This document shows positions 1 through 9,507 of a DNA stretch of 64,000 nucleotides, piece by piece. The notes beneath the pieces were generated by a model, which was not told the origin of the DNA, made no database searches, and was given only the letters and a program-made list of their open reading frames with translations. The stretch lies in the IMG/VR virus record IMGVR_UViG_3300010944_000263, positions 8,980 through 72,979 of that record; one strand, given 5' to 3'. Position 1 is the first letter of the stretch. The number at the start of each line of letters is the position of its first letter. The translations under genes were made by a program, and so were the position numbers. This stretch comes from a virus (lineage: Duplodnaviria; Caudoviricetes).

Positions 1-47
1 GCCGCACACTGGACACGGCTCATGTCGCGACACTCTCTCCCAGGTGC

Positions 48-386
48 TCATGCGTGCTCTCGCTCGTCGTACCAGCTACTAGCGGCATCCTGCAAGCATT
101 GCTCCTCGTACCTGTCGTGCCAATCATTTTCGATGATTGCCTCGGCTATCTTGTCCAGCGCATCCCAAGCCCAATGGTCGGTCCTGTGTCGCGTTTCCTC
201 GCCAACTCTCCATACGGTGACGTTGATAAAAGTCCACTCGGCAGAAGAGGACCATCCAGGGTATCCGCTTCCATCTGGATAATACCGCACCATCGGCTCG
301 CATGGATGAAAGTCGTACTTTACCTCCACTTCGAGACTGCTATCGAAACCAAGCTCTTCAAGGATTATCGAGATTGTCCCGCTCAT
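48..386 (-). CDS. Hypothetical phage protein (112 aa)
   Basis: ATG overlaps the helicase stop (ATGA); protein-like composition. Confidence 0.6.
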   Translation of the reverse strand: MSGTISIILEELGFDSSLEVEVKYDFHPCEPMVRYYPDGSGYPGWSSSAEWTFINVTVWRVGEETRHRTDHWAWDALDKIAEAIIENDWHDRYEEQCLQDAASSWYDEREHA

Positions 387-3154
387 TTCCTCACCCTGTA
401 TGGATTGCCTTCGTCGCTGTAATCGTTCACGGTAAAGCCGTAGGTATCTCGCACCTTTCGTTTGCTGTCGGGATGACCATACGGAATCATCTTGTACTTT
501 CTTCCAGCCACTTCGACTGAATCAGGAACTCGGAAATCGGTACCTTGCTGTTCCGCTATCTTCTTGGCGATGTACCACGCCTGCCCCCAAGTTCCTCCAA
601 TATGCCCAGCCTTGAAAAGTGCAATCAGCATTATCTCCTCGGAAGTCCGAAGTTTCTTCTCCGTCTTTACGTTCGACTTCTTAATCTCCCGAAGCTCACC
701 ACCAGTGAACTCTAACCCTTGCGACTTGCGCTCTCTAGCTGTCGGCTCATACCCGCATTGCCGGCACTTTCCGCCGCGATAGATAGCATTGCAATTCGGG
801 CAATTGATTGTCGCTCTTGGCTCATGCGTCTTTGCTGGTCGCTCTCCCCATTCGAGAGTCCACGCAATGTCATCGTCAAAGAATCCATGCTTGCTGATAT
901 TGGCGGCATGATCCAGCACAATGCAATCAGGAACATCGGGATGCACGCGGCTTCCTCGTCCGACCATCTGGCGATAACGAACAACGCTCCCGATTGCTGT
1001 ACACAACTGCACGCATCCCACACGAGGAATGTCGGTGCCTCGCTCGATAACGCCAACGTTGCAAATGTACTGAATCTCTCCGCTGTTCAATCGCTGAAAC
1101 AATGACTTTCGCTCTTCATCATCTGTCTCGCCATCGACATAGTGAGCATCAATTCCATTCTTGCGAAGAATCTCCATCGCCTCGTACGCATGGGATCGAC
1201 GCGGGAAGAACCCAACTGTAGCTCTTCCTTCCGCCAATCGCTTCCAATCCTTCACCAAATCGCCAGCGAGCCCGTCCATCGCTGCTGCCACACTGTCCTC
1301 GGTGTAGTCATCACCACGCTTTACAAGCAGGTTCAGCTTCCCCTGGGTCGCTTGGAAGTAACGGAACGGAGACAGATACCCATTCTCAATCAACCACGAC
1401 GGAGATGGACCCATCACAATCTTACTGAAGACCTTGTTCAACTCTCGGTGCTGCGGAGTAGCAGACAGCCCAAGAATAAAAGGCGGCTTCAATCCTAACT
1501 CGGCTCGCTTCTTGTTGTGCGCCACAAGGAATGTTCTGAACTTCGCAACGTGGCTATGGCAATTATGAACCAGAAGATTGTTTGCAAAAAAACAGTGGCT
1601 CTTTTCTACTTCTATGTCGAACACTTCCGTCTGGCTTGCGGGAACGATTTTCATCACACGACACCAACTTGTATCGCATACATTCTGGGACGTACTTCGA
1701 AATCCGACGACCAATCTCAAGTTGCGTCCAGCTTGCGATTCCGATGAAATATGCGTCCTTTGACCTGTTTTTGTAGACAGAAGCCTTTCCGATGTTGTCA
1801 CAAAACCAGTCTGCAATAACTTCGTTTTCCTTTTTAGAAAAACCTTCCGTGTGAAGAAGCAGCGATTTTTTTGTTGCTGATCCATCATCACATATCCACC
1901 ACGCGAGCCCAATATCCCCAATCGCATCGAGCCATTTTCTGGACACCACTTTTTTCCCTCGACGCTTAACCAGTTTTTCGATTTCAATAAGCGATTGATT
2001 GCATGAAGTGACAGTGACAACAGACTGCTCACCCCAGCCTTCGTTATCAACAACTTTGGTTTTTGCAGCCAATCTATGCAAGAATTTCGCTTTGTGAATT
2101 GCCCACTCTTTTTGAACAAGCCCATGAGTGCTGCTAAGTCTCGGAGATTTTGACCTGCTGTTTGGATATGTGATCGAAGAGTCCCCAAGCAATGTCCCAA
2201 GAATCGCCTGCCTTTCAAGAACAGTAAGCTGAAGCATTTGATTAGTGCTACAGTTTTCGTGTCCGTCGCAATACTGTTTGTATAAGGGCATCGCACCGTA
2301 TGCGATCCATGAGTCAGCTGTCTCAAATCCAAGTCTAGTCCTAACACCACAGCCGCATTTGCAAAAAGGAGCGGCTGCATTGAGTTCTCCCCAGAGCTTA
2401 ACAAAGTGCTCTTTTTTTCCGAGTGATTTATGCCCCCAACAAAACAGCTTTCCTGTTCTAGGCTTTCTTCCACACCCGCATAAGCAAGTATCTCGTCTGT
2501 AGGCAATACGTACTGCGCTTGTAGCCATCCTCGCCTCGTATAAAGCTCGTGATCTGGAGTGCATCGCACTTTTCCTGCGTGCGTATGTATCTCTAGTGTA
2601 GTTTTTGTCCCGCTATGCTTCCAGTTCAAAACACTAGCAAAATGAACTCCTTTTTCTTCGCTGTATGATCTCACTGTCTTAGGTTTTCGATACGGAACTT
2701 GATCTATTCTCATCGCTCCAAGTTCTGTCTCTATAATCGAATCCCCAGAAACGCATTCATCAAACACAAGAAAGTCGTAGGTGAAATCGTTTCGATACGT
2801 TCCTTTCTCAACGTACCAACTGTTCTTGGTATCGATTGAAGCCACTTGCAAATCGCATCCTGGCAACGTGTCAACTCCAGACATGATGACACCATGCGGC
2901 AATCGAGGGTGTTCATCGAACGACGCGCTGGCATTCTCGACGAGCCCGCGACGATGAACCATGAAAGCTGCCTTTCCGCTTTCACCATCTTTCTTTTCGC
3001 GATTCAAATACAAGCCAAGCATGTGCTTCGCACACCGAGTCTTGCCCGCACCTGGAGGCACACAAAAAATCACGCTTCGATACTTTGCTATCTCTCGCCT
3101 GATGTTTGCGACACATTCCTGCTGGTATGGACGAAGCGTAGGAATCTCAATCAT
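383..3154 (-). CDS. SF2 DEAD/DEAH-box helicase (RadD/YejH-like) with C-terminal Zn finger, interrupted by an intein in Walker B
   Basis: Walker A PPGAGKT; DE|CH motif reconstituted after removing the intein; LSATP motif III; RQMVGRGSR motif VI; CPNC..CRQC. Confidence 0.9.
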   Translation of the reverse strand: MIEIPTLRPYQQECVANIRREIAKYRSVIFCVPPGAGKTRCAKHMLGLYLNREKKDGESGKAAFMVHRRGLVENASASFDEHPRLPHGVIMSGVDTLPGCDLQVASIDTKNSWYVEKGTYRNDFTYDFLVFDECVSGDSIIETELGAMRIDQVPYRKPKTVRSYSEEKGVHFASVLNWKHSGTKTTLEIHTHAGKVRCTPDHELYTRRGWLQAQYVLPTDEILAYAGVEESLEQESCFVGGINHSEKKSTLLSSGENSMQPLLFANAAVVLGLDLDLRQLTHGSHTVRCPYTNSIATDTKTVALIKCFSLLFLKGRRFLGHCLGTLRSHIQTAGQNLRDLAALMGLFKKSGQFTKRNSCIDWLQKPKLLITKAGVSSLLSLSLHAINRLLKSKNWLSVEGKKWCPENGSMRLGILGSRGGYVMMDQQQKNRCFFTRKVFLKRKTKLLQTGFVTTSERLLSTKTGQRTHISSESQAGRNLRLVVGFRSTSQNVCDTSWCRVMKIVPASQTEVFDIEVEKSHCFFANNLLVHNCHSHVAKFRTFLVAHNKKRAELGLKPPFILGLSATPQHRELNKVFSKIVMGPSPSWLIENGYLSPFRYFQATQGKLNLLVKRGDDYTEDSVAAAMDGLAGDLVKDWKRLAEGRATVGFFPRRSHAYEAMEILRKNGIDAHYVDGETDDEERKSLFQRLNSGEIQYICNVGVIERGTDIPRVGCVQLCTAIGSVVRYRQMVGRGSRVHPDVPDCIVLDHAANISKHGFFDDDIAWTLEWGERPAKTHEPRATINCPNCNAIYRGGKCRQCGYEPTARERKSQGLEFTGGELREIKKSNVKTEKKLRTSEEIMLIALFKAGHIGGTWGQAWYIAKKIAEQQGTDFRVPDSVEVAGRKYKMIPYGHPDSKRKVRDTYGFTVNDYSDEGNPYRVRK
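1562..2755 (-). mobile_element. Intein (398 aa) in helicase DECH motif
   Basis: Block A CVSGDSII, block B TPDHELYTRRGW, block F VFDIEVE..HCFFAN, block G LLVHN followed by Cys+1. Confidence 0.92.
1563..2528 (-). CDS. LAGLIDADG homing endonuclease (321 aa) overprinted in the +2 frame of the helicase intein
   Basis: Motifs AILGTLLGDSSI and LAWWICDDGS, two CxCGCG..GH repeats at the N-terminus; ATG at 2528 preceded by GAGG (alternative ATG 2564). Confidence 0.85.
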   Translation of the reverse strand: MATSAVRIAYRRDTCLCGCGRKPRTGKLFCWGHKSLGKKEHFVKLWGELNAAAPFCKCGCGVRTRLGFETADSWIAYGAMPLYKQYCDGHENCSTNQMLQLTVLERQAILGTLLGDSSITYPNSRSKSPRLSSTHGLVQKEWAIHKAKFLHRLAAKTKVVDNEGWGEQSVVTVTSCNQSLIEIEKLVKRRGKKVVSRKWLDAIGDIGLAWWICDDGSATKKSLLLHTEGFSKKENEVIADWFCDNIGKASVYKNRSKDAYFIGIASWTQLEIGRRISKYVPECMRYKLVSCDENRSRKPDGSVRHRSRKEPLFFCKQSSGS

Positions 3155-3915
3155 TTCTTACTCCACAACTCGACACCCTGCACCAGCTTGACCAGCTTCT
3201 CTCGCTCACGACTGTTTGGTACCAACTCGTGGTAATCATCGATTGCTCGAACTAACTTATCGCGGTGCTGATTCGCAATGCTCGCTGCTTTCTTCGCCAT
3301 ATCTTCAACGCTAAGCGGCTTGTTAATTGCCTTCTCCAGATTCTTGCTGTCTCCCTTTGCCTTTCTGCCTACCTTCTTCTGCTCTGGCTTCGGCATCTCG
3401 ACCAGCTTTTCCAACGCTGGCTGCGTCAAGTCGACCGCCGCTGCTTGAACGGAGTTATCGACCTGCTCGATCATCTCGGCGCGAACAACGTCTCGATACA
3501 CCTGCCTTTCAGACACCTCGGACTCTTCCGCTACCTTCTGAACAGCCGAACGTTTGTTCTCTCCTTGACTCATGCGGTACTTCACTCTCTCCGCTCGCAG
3601 TTTCGACTGAGCCCCCGGAGTTAGGTTTCGCTGGCTGATTGCATCTCGCTTAATACGGTCCTCAACTTCCTCCAGCGTCTCGGCGTCCTGATAGACCTGA
3701 ATCGTCTCAAACGGCAGCTTGTTCTTCTTGCACAACTTGAATCGATGATGCCCATCGACAAGTAAATCTCCCCACAACCAAAGCGGGCTGTACGCTCTCC
3801 CTTCCTCCAATAGCGATTCTTCCAGTCCCTTGAGCTGCTCGCTATCGAGAGGAGGAATCAACGCTTCGATCCGCTCATCTACTCGCACTTTGCCGTTAAA
3901 CGCTTTTTTGACCAT
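3151..3915 (-). CDS. ParB/Sulfiredoxin-like N-terminal domain protein
   Basis: LIPPL..EQL..LEESL..EG..PL..W..LLVDGHHR pattern; start chosen at ATG 3915 with GAGGAG SD. Confidence 0.75.
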   Translation of the reverse strand: MVKKAFNGKVRVDERIEALIPPLDSEQLKGLEESLLEEGRAYSPLWLWGDLLVDGHHRFKLCKKNKLPFETIQVYQDAETLEEVEDRIKRDAISQRNLTPGAQSKLRAERVKYRMSQGENKRSAVQKVAEESEVSERQVYRDVVRAEMIEQVDNSVQAAAVDLTQPALEKLVEMPKPEQKKVGRKAKGDSKNLEKAINKPLSVEDMAKKAASIANQHRDKLVRAIDDYHELVPNSREREKLVKLVQGVELWSKK

Positions 3916-4141
3916 CGATAGACTCCTCTGGAACTCTTGCGAAATCGCACCGAGGCGACTTCTTGACCAAATCTTTCTCACGCGTGTCAACGTTCGTGCC
4001 GCTGACAAAGTGCCATTGTTCAAAGCCTCGTTGGGTAACGCAAACCAGCCTGTCGAATCCGTGAATGACGTCTTTACGTTCGACATAAACGACGCGACCG
4101 TTACGCATCACCCACCACTCTCCAGGTTTAGGCTTGCTCAT
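3896..4141 (-). CDS. Hypothetical phage protein (MSKPKPGEWW...)
   Basis: Fits tightly overlapped operon; start overlaps the upstream gene end. Confidence 0.55.
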   Translation of the reverse strand: MSKPKPGEWWVMRNGRVVYVERKDVIHGFDRLVCVTQRGFEQWHFVSGTNVDTREKDLVKKSPRCDFARVPEESIDGQKSV

Positions 4142-4547
4142 CCAAAACCTCAACGTCCTCCGGTTTGTACGCGCGGGTGCCCAAACCAACTTTGACATAC
4201 ATCCAAGTTGCGCTGAAGCACCTTTGAAAACCGACTAACTCGCCCTCTTCCTTCAAGGCCCTGCACTGGGCTCCATTGGCTGCATCAAGAAACGTCGCCT
4301 GACGCCATCTTTTTTGCCTCCAGTTTGGACCGTCACAGCCTGGAATGTGCTCAATCAAATTAAAACCATGCGTTTCGTCGTCAGGCAAATACCTTCCGTT
4401 GGGTGTACACACCGAGACGTCATAGTATTCGCCTCCCTGGTACATAACAATCGCGAACGCATACTCGCCCTGCAAAACAGTGCCGACTACCTGTGCAATC
4501 AGGCTCTTGTTTCGACACTGATACCATTGACCAACTTGGATTTTCAT
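4128..4547 (-). CDS. Hypothetical phage protein (139 aa)
   Basis: Protein-like ORF in operon with SD. Confidence 0.65.
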   Translation of the reverse strand: MKIQVGQWYQCRNKSLIAQVVGTVLQGEYAFAIVMYQGGEYYDVSVCTPNGRYLPDDETHGFNLIEHIPGCDGPNWRQKRWRQATFLDAANGAQCRALKEEGELVGFQRCFSATWMYVKVGLGTRAYKPEDVEVLDEQA

Positions 4548-4594
4548 ACAACTCTGCTCCTTTGCTTCTCCTGCTTGAAATCAAAACCGCACAA

Positions 4595-4858
4595 CTACGC
4601 TTCGCCGCCAGACTTGTCAGCCTCAACAGCACTCTCAAGCAAATCGAGATAGCGAGAGTCACGATCTCGCTTCGAGCACTTCTCCATCGGCCATATTCGA
4701 TCAACCATCGCCAACTTAGCCTGATGATCGCTGACCGCGACAATCCAGACGGTAGCCTGCTCACTCGCCGCCGTGAACAGCAGCATGTCGCGCGTGCGAG
4801 CATCTTTGATTGCAGCCAACTCATCATCGTGAACGATTGCTTTCTTTTCTTCCGACAT
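4595..4858 (-). CDS. Hypothetical protein
   Basis: ATG 4858 with GGTGGAG SD; operon context. Confidence 0.55.
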   Translation of the reverse strand: MSEEKKAIVHDDELAAIKDARTRDMLLFTAASEQATVWIVAVSDHQAKLAMVDRIWPMEKCSKRDRDSRYLDLLESAVEADKSGGEA

Positions 4859-4889
4859 GACAACTCCACCATCCACAAAAGGACAAAAC

Positions 4890-5174
4890 CTAGTAAAGAC
4901 GCTCAATAGGCGTCACTTCAAAATTCCCGTCTTCATCACTCTGCAACAAGTAATCTTGATAGCTCACTGCGATGACATACGTTTTCTTCCCGAACAACAT
5001 CTGCCGAATGTCGCAGCAACACTTATTAAACTCGCTGGAAGCCTCCTCGAATTTCTTTTCGGCTGCGATGTATTTCGCGACAGCCCACGATAAATCAGCT
5101 TTTTTCTTACGCTCTAATTCTTCGATGTCCTTTGCCGACAACTCAGAAACATCAACAGGTGAATCTGCACTCAT
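4890..5174 (-). CDS. Hypothetical coiled-coil protein
   Basis: AGGAG SD; helical heptad character. Confidence 0.6.
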   Translation of the reverse strand: MSADSPVDVSELSAKDIEELERKKKADLSWAVAKYIAAEKKFEEASSEFNKCCCDIRQMLFGKKTYVIAVSYQDYLLQSDEDGNFEVTPIERLY

Positions 5175-5177
5175 CTC

Positions 5178-5528
5178 TCAAATCTCCTTGTTTTTCATTG
5201 GTGGATTTTGTGACAGGCTGTCACAAACCAAATTTCCGTCACTGTTTAACACGAGGTCAAACGCTTTATGGACCTTCCGTATTGCTCGCAAAACAGGGGA
5301 CTGTTGAATGATCTCGTTCGGATCTTCTAAGTTCCTGTAAAGCGTCTTGCTACCAGCCTTGTTAAGCTGGTCTGCTTTGTTTGGGCGGATCTCCACGAAG
5401 AAGTTTTTGCCCTTGTCGCTTATTCGAATGAATCCATCCCAAGATGGAACGTAGAAAAAACGAAGACGCGCCGCTCTGAGCAGAACACCAAAGGCAACTC
5501 GATCATCCTTCTTCTTCGCTGCTTTCAT
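5178..5528 (-). CDS. Hypothetical protein (116 aa)
   Basis: Starts 3 nt after the ERF stop; operon context. Confidence 0.6.
   Translation of the reverse strand: MKAAKKKDDRVAFGVLLRAARLRFFYVPSWDGFIRISDKGKNFFVEIRPNKADQLNKAGSKTLYRNLEDPNEIIQQSPVLRAIRKVHKAFDLVLNSDGNLVCDSLSQNPPMKNKEI
5211..5223. repeat. TGACA-N3-TGTCA palindrome copy 1
   Basis: TTTTGTGACAGGCTGTCACAAA. Confidence 0.85.
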
Positions 5529-5531
5529 GGA

Positions 5532-6284
5532 TTAGAAACCTTTGCTCTTGATAGCCGCCGCTTGCTTCTTGTAAGCATCGCGAACAGCATCACCGACGTG
5601 CTTCGGCTCCTTCGCAAGAACGTTTCCTAGCTCCTCCAGCCTTTCCTTGGTTTCAGCTTGCTTGAGAATCTTGCCCCACATCTGGCAATAGAACGGCCAC
5701 ACCGCCTTCTGCACTGGTGGCGGCTCCTTTAGCAAGCTCTGCCCGAGTGGCGGAAGCATCCACGCATCATCGACCTGATTGATAGCGTCTACCCAGCTTT
5801 GCGAAGCTCCGTCTAGTTCGATATCTTCCGCCGCGGGAGCTGCACTCGTGGGCTTCGCGTTGATATTGTCCGCCTCGTTGTCTGGCTGACCGCGAAGGTG
5901 GAACGCCGAGAGATACGCCGACTTGAGAGCGTAACTGAATGCCTTCCCTGTTGCTTTATCCGAGGTGTCGAGTCCTTGCCCCCACCCCTTGATAGATGTT
6001 CGCTCTGTTGGATTATCAGCGTTTACCAACTCAATGGTAATAGCACACTCTGCTTGCCAAGCACCCTTCCCGCCAGTGAAGAATTCCAGCTTCCTGTCGT
6101 GAATCTCAGTCACCATGCAGACGACACCATGCTCGACTAGACACGCACGCAACTTGTCGTCAATGTCATCTATCTTGTGATACTGGTACTTATCACCGTA
6201 GTTGACCTGCCCGCCTTTACCGACTGCACCCATACGCTCCATCACTTTGACAATGCGCTGATACAGATTCAAATTTGAACTCAT
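5532..6284 (-). CDS. ERF-family single-strand annealing protein
   Basis: GWGQGLDTSDKATGKAFSYALKSAYLSAFHL matches the ERF signature; adjacent to exonuclease. Confidence 0.8.
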   Translation of the reverse strand: MSSNLNLYQRIVKVMERMGAVGKGGQVNYGDKYQYHKIDDIDDKLRACLVEHGVVCMVTEIHDRKLEFFTGGKGAWQAECAITIELVNADNPTERTSIKGWGQGLDTSDKATGKAFSYALKSAYLSAFHLRGQPDNEADNINAKPTSAAPAAEDIELDGASQSWVDAINQVDDAWMLPPLGQSLLKEPPPVQKAVWPFYCQMWGKILKQAETKERLEELGNVLAKEPKHVGDAVRDAYKKQAAAIKSKGF

Positions 6285-6310
6285 AACACTCTCTCCTAGA
6301 CAAACAGAAA

Positions 6311-7138
6311 CTAGAACTCAAGGCTAAGCGACATCGACTCGTACACCACGCGAGCCTGCTCGACACGCAAGCGAAGCGTATCAACGTATTCAGGATTAAA
6401 TCCGAACTCGAACACCTTGATACGCTGATGCTCGGGGATCTTGTGAGACACCAGGTGCATCGAATCAACCTTGGCGGACAACTCCTTGTAGTGAGGGTTG
6501 TCGTCATCGCAGTTGAAACGAAACCACAATCGCTTCTTCTCTTCTTCAACCAGCTCGAACGGAGTATCTACCAAGACGTGAGCCAAGCGGAACTTCCTTC
6601 GACCTGTCAAAGCCATGTACACTTGCCCCTGCGCGTAATAGAGCGGATCAGGGCGGCGCACCTCAACAAACGTGCGAAGCGTCCAAGAGCACTTAGCATC
6701 CTCAATCACGTCATCCAAAACAACGTCAGGCGTCCCGGTGAAATGCTCGTCCTCGAACCATTCGTCATTCTTCACTCGGAATCCACCATGAAGATGCCGA
6801 GTCATAATGCCAATGATTTCATCTTCGCACATGAGCCCCTTTAGAATCTCGTTACTTACGAGCGGCTCATCGTAACCAAACGTGTTTCGCATCCAGCAAT
6901 CGCGAATGTAAGACATTGCTGTAGCGCCGAACTCAAAATCGGCATCACGCTTGGCAATCAGCTCCTCCAGCTCTTGCTGCATATTGGCAGTCAAAGGCTT
7001 GGCATCTGAATTGTCCTTGCGAGCCTGTAACTCGTCGAGCCTCGCAAGCTGCTTATCCGTGATCGCATTTCCGCCAACAAGCAAGTTGCCGACAGATGAC
7101 GCACGGAACCTCACCGGCTGAACGCCAGATTCTTCCAT
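6311..7138 (-). CDS. YqaJ/lambda-exonuclease-like recombination nuclease
   Basis: RASS, G..CE, GTPD, EDAKC, YYAQGQVYM motifs. Confidence 0.8.
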   Translation of the reverse strand: MEESGVQPVRFRASSVGNLLVGGNAITDKQLARLDELQARKDNSDAKPLTANMQQELEELIAKRDADFEFGATAMSYIRDCWMRNTFGYDEPLVSNEILKGLMCEDEIIGIMTRHLHGGFRVKNDEWFEDEHFTGTPDVVLDDVIEDAKCSWTLRTFVEVRRPDPLYYAQGQVYMALTGRRKFRLAHVLVDTPFELVEEEKKRLWFRFNCDDDNPHYKELSAKVDSMHLVSHKIPEHQRIKVFEFGFNPEYVDTLRLRVEQARVVYESMSLSLEF

Positions 7139-7188
7139 TACACACCTCCTAGATAAATCTCCTGTCTGGCTGATTACCAGACGAGACT

Positions 7189-7216
7189 ATCTTAGCGGCA
7201 TCACCCCAGCGTGCAA
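7189..7216 (-). promoter_or_regulatory. Putative sigma70-type promoter of the recombination operon
   Basis: TTGCAC-16 nt-TAAGAT on minus strand, upstream of AGGAGG-SD gene at 7138. Confidence 0.45.
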
Positions 7217-7234
7217 TAGCACCCTGGGAATTTT

Positions 7235-7633
7235 CTAGTGGTTTTTGTCTTTTTCAGTCGGGTGCCTGTCTCGATATTCTTCTCGGTTCTGCTGACCGAA
7301 AAAAAGACTAGACTTTTGCCGCACTTCCTCAACATTTCGATCAATTCGATTCAGTTGCTCAGCGTGATCCAGGTGCGACTTGGCAGCCGCTTGAATCCAT
7401 GCGATTGCCTCTCCCTGAGAAGAGACAGCCGATTGGATCTTTTCGACCGTCCTCTCCATTCGTTCCGTCGCAACATCAAGAGTGTCGATATGCGTAATGA
7501 TCCTTTCTTTCATCGGCTTCAAGATGTCCGTCCCGAGCCACAGAAACGCCTTCCACAATCCCCATGCCACGACAAGCAACAAGCCGCCAAGGATGGTAGT
7601 TTCGAAAATCTTGATGATGATAGATGGATCCAT
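7235..7633 (-). CDS. Membrane protein with coiled coil (holin-like position)
   Basis: N-terminal hydrophobic helix then coiled coil; last gene of the late operon. Confidence 0.5.
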   Translation of the reverse strand: MDPSIIIKIFETTILGGLLLVVAWGLWKAFLWLGTDILKPMKERIITHIDTLDVATERMERTVEKIQSAVSSQGEAIAWIQAAAKSHLDHAEQLNRIDRNVEEVRQKSSLFFGQQNREEYRDRHPTEKDKNH

Positions 7634-7641
7634 TGCGTTTC

Positions 7642-8790
7642 CTAAATCTTGTACGCGACTCGAACTTGCATGTCAGCAATCTCACGCAAAATCGCATCAG
7701 CTTCCCAGTAGCCGATCTTTTCCAAGGATGACGCCCCAACTTCCAATCTGAATCTTGGAACGCCACTTCCTGGCACATCGCCCGCCACGATGTTTACGCC
7801 AGCACTCTGCAAAACGGGGCGATCTCGCTCGTTCCACCGCTTGCACCATGAACAGAACTCATTGGAGGCGACAACAATCCTCGCCTTCGACAAGGGCTCT
7901 GGCTGGTCGTCTCGCTCGTCTTGACCGCCGCCGTGAGGAGAAAGCCCAAAAGGATCTTGGATCGCGTTAGGAACGGCGTAGAAAACATGCGACGAGTGAA
8001 CCGTGGATAAATGCCGCTCCCACGTCACCCAAAAGAATCCGCCGTCTCCTTGGCTCTTACCGTGGCTTGAGTGCTCACGGAACTCAAACCGCCCCTTTTG
8101 GCGGTTGTAACGAACGTGATCAAGATGCTCGGAATGGTTCCCAGGGCCGATATCACCGACCAAAACACCATCCTTATCGAAATTCTTCCAGTTGCGGCCG
8201 ACATGGATTGCAATCACCACTGGCTTTCCAGTGACTAGCGCCGCAACAACTTCCTGTTCGCTTGGAGTCGCAAAACCCTCGTGAGCTCGAAACCGAAGGG
8301 CTTCTTTATCCGCCTGAGCTGTGTTGTACGCATTTCGCGTAATCTGCCCTTCTTTAACCATCTTGCGGGTCGCAATGCCCTTTTGAGTAATCGCTCGAAG
8401 ATTGTCGCCAAGCGTACTTCCTTGGTCTCGGCCGCCGTTCACCAGCGAGTAAAGATAGTCGTCGGACAACTCAATCCGAGGCTGACCGCTCACGTACCGA
8501 GCCTTTTCCTCAGCGTACGTGGCTGCACTCGACGCGCACTTGCCCCAACCGTTCTGATTCTTCGTCCACGACGAATCGTAATGAGCCATCCCGCCAACGT
8601 TGCGCTGATACTCATCGGATTCAACAAGATTGATCAACTCAGAGCGACTTGGAAGGCTACCGAGAGACTGACAGAGAGTCATTAGCCGCGGTGGATCGGG
8701 ATCAGGAAGCAATCCAAGGCAGTGCACAATACCATCAGGGGAGACAACAGCATCTTTTCCATCACGGAAAATAATTTCGCAACTACTCAC
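7642..8790 (-). CDS. Papain-like (C1) cysteine peptidase with C-terminal thioredoxin-like CxxC
   Basis: QNGWGKCASSA (Gln/Cys), GNHSEH (His), G..GFFWV; FCSWCKRW near the C-terminus. Confidence 0.7.
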   Translation of the reverse strand: MSSCEIIFRDGKDAVVSPDGIVHCLGLLPDPDPPRLMTLCQSLGSLPSRSELINLVESDEYQRNVGGMAHYDSSWTKNQNGWGKCASSAATYAEEKARYVSGQPRIELSDDYLYSLVNGGRDQGSTLGDNLRAITQKGIATRKMVKEGQITRNAYNTAQADKEALRFRAHEGFATPSEQEVVAALVTGKPVVIAIHVGRNWKNFDKDGVLVGDIGPGNHSEHLDHVRYNRQKGRFEFREHSSHGKSQGDGGFFWVTWERHLSTVHSSHVFYAVPNAIQDPFGLSPHGGGQDERDDQPEPLSKARIVVASNEFCSWCKRWNERDRPVLQSAGVNIVAGDVPGSGVPRFRLEVGASSLEKIGYWEADAILREIADMQVRVAYKI

Positions 8791-9469
8791 CTGTCACCTC
8801 CTTTAAGATCGCTTTCAAGTCATCAACCGACTTTGGCGCTGAAAACACACGGTAGCTGTTCGCGTCCTGACTTAAGATCAGCGACGGCAATTCCTTGGTA
8901 ACAGACAAAAACGGCTTGGCTGCCTCAAGCTCATCGTCATAGGCAGCGATTTTAATACCGCGAGACTCCAGCATTTTGCGAGTTTCGATAGACAATCGAG
9001 TATTCGTTTGCGGAATCTGATTGATCGCATCGCCCTGCTCGTAAATCCAGACAGCCCACGCCGGCTTGAACTTCGGGTCAGGCTTTGGAGTAGGGGACGG
9101 CTTTGGTTCAGGCTTGGGAGGCTGAGGATCTGGACGAGGATTGACCTCGCCCTCAGAAACAACCTTTAGCAACGTCGATTCACCAGCCGTGATGAGATAA
9201 TCACCAGGAGGAGCCGCGAAAATGGTGTACGAATCAAATCGCTCGAAGTGATCTTCAGATAGATACGTCCACGATACCGAGCCAGCCACCACGTTAGCGT
9301 AGATCGCTTGAACCTTCGCGCCAGCCGGATGATTGATTTTCACTGGACGATCGCGCTTGGCAATCGCCGGAGCCTCCACTTTGTAATGCACCGGCTTGTC
9401 TTGCGAGATTCCGTTGATACCGGAACACAAAGCAAGGCACATCACCAAAACGTAAGAAAGGTTGTTCAT
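8783..9469 (-). CDS. Secreted protein with signal peptide and Pro-rich linker
   Basis: Hydrophobic N-terminus, PDPQPPKPEPKPSPTPKPDP linker, globular C-terminal domain. Confidence 0.6.
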   Translation of the reverse strand: MNNLSYVLVMCLALCSGINGISQDKPVHYKVEAPAIAKRDRPVKINHPAGAKVQAIYANVVAGSVSWTYLSEDHFERFDSYTIFAAPPGDYLITAGESTLLKVVSEGEVNPRPDPQPPKPEPKPSPTPKPDPKFKPAWAVWIYEQGDAINQIPQTNTRLSIETRKMLESRGIKIAAYDDELEAAKPFLSVTKELPSLILSQDANSYRVFSAPKSVDDLKAILKEVTGE

Positions 9470-9507
9470 GTTTGATCCTCTGCCTCAAACGCCAATCGAA
9501 CCGGAAA

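Noticed and set aside
1562-2755. Canonical in-frame intein endonucleases obscured by two compensating sequencing indels (also 56821-57717)
   Set aside because: Indel errors would not leave the wrong frame stop-free for 200-300 codons in two separate inteins; each endonuclease also has its own ATG. Read-level confirmation is still advisable.
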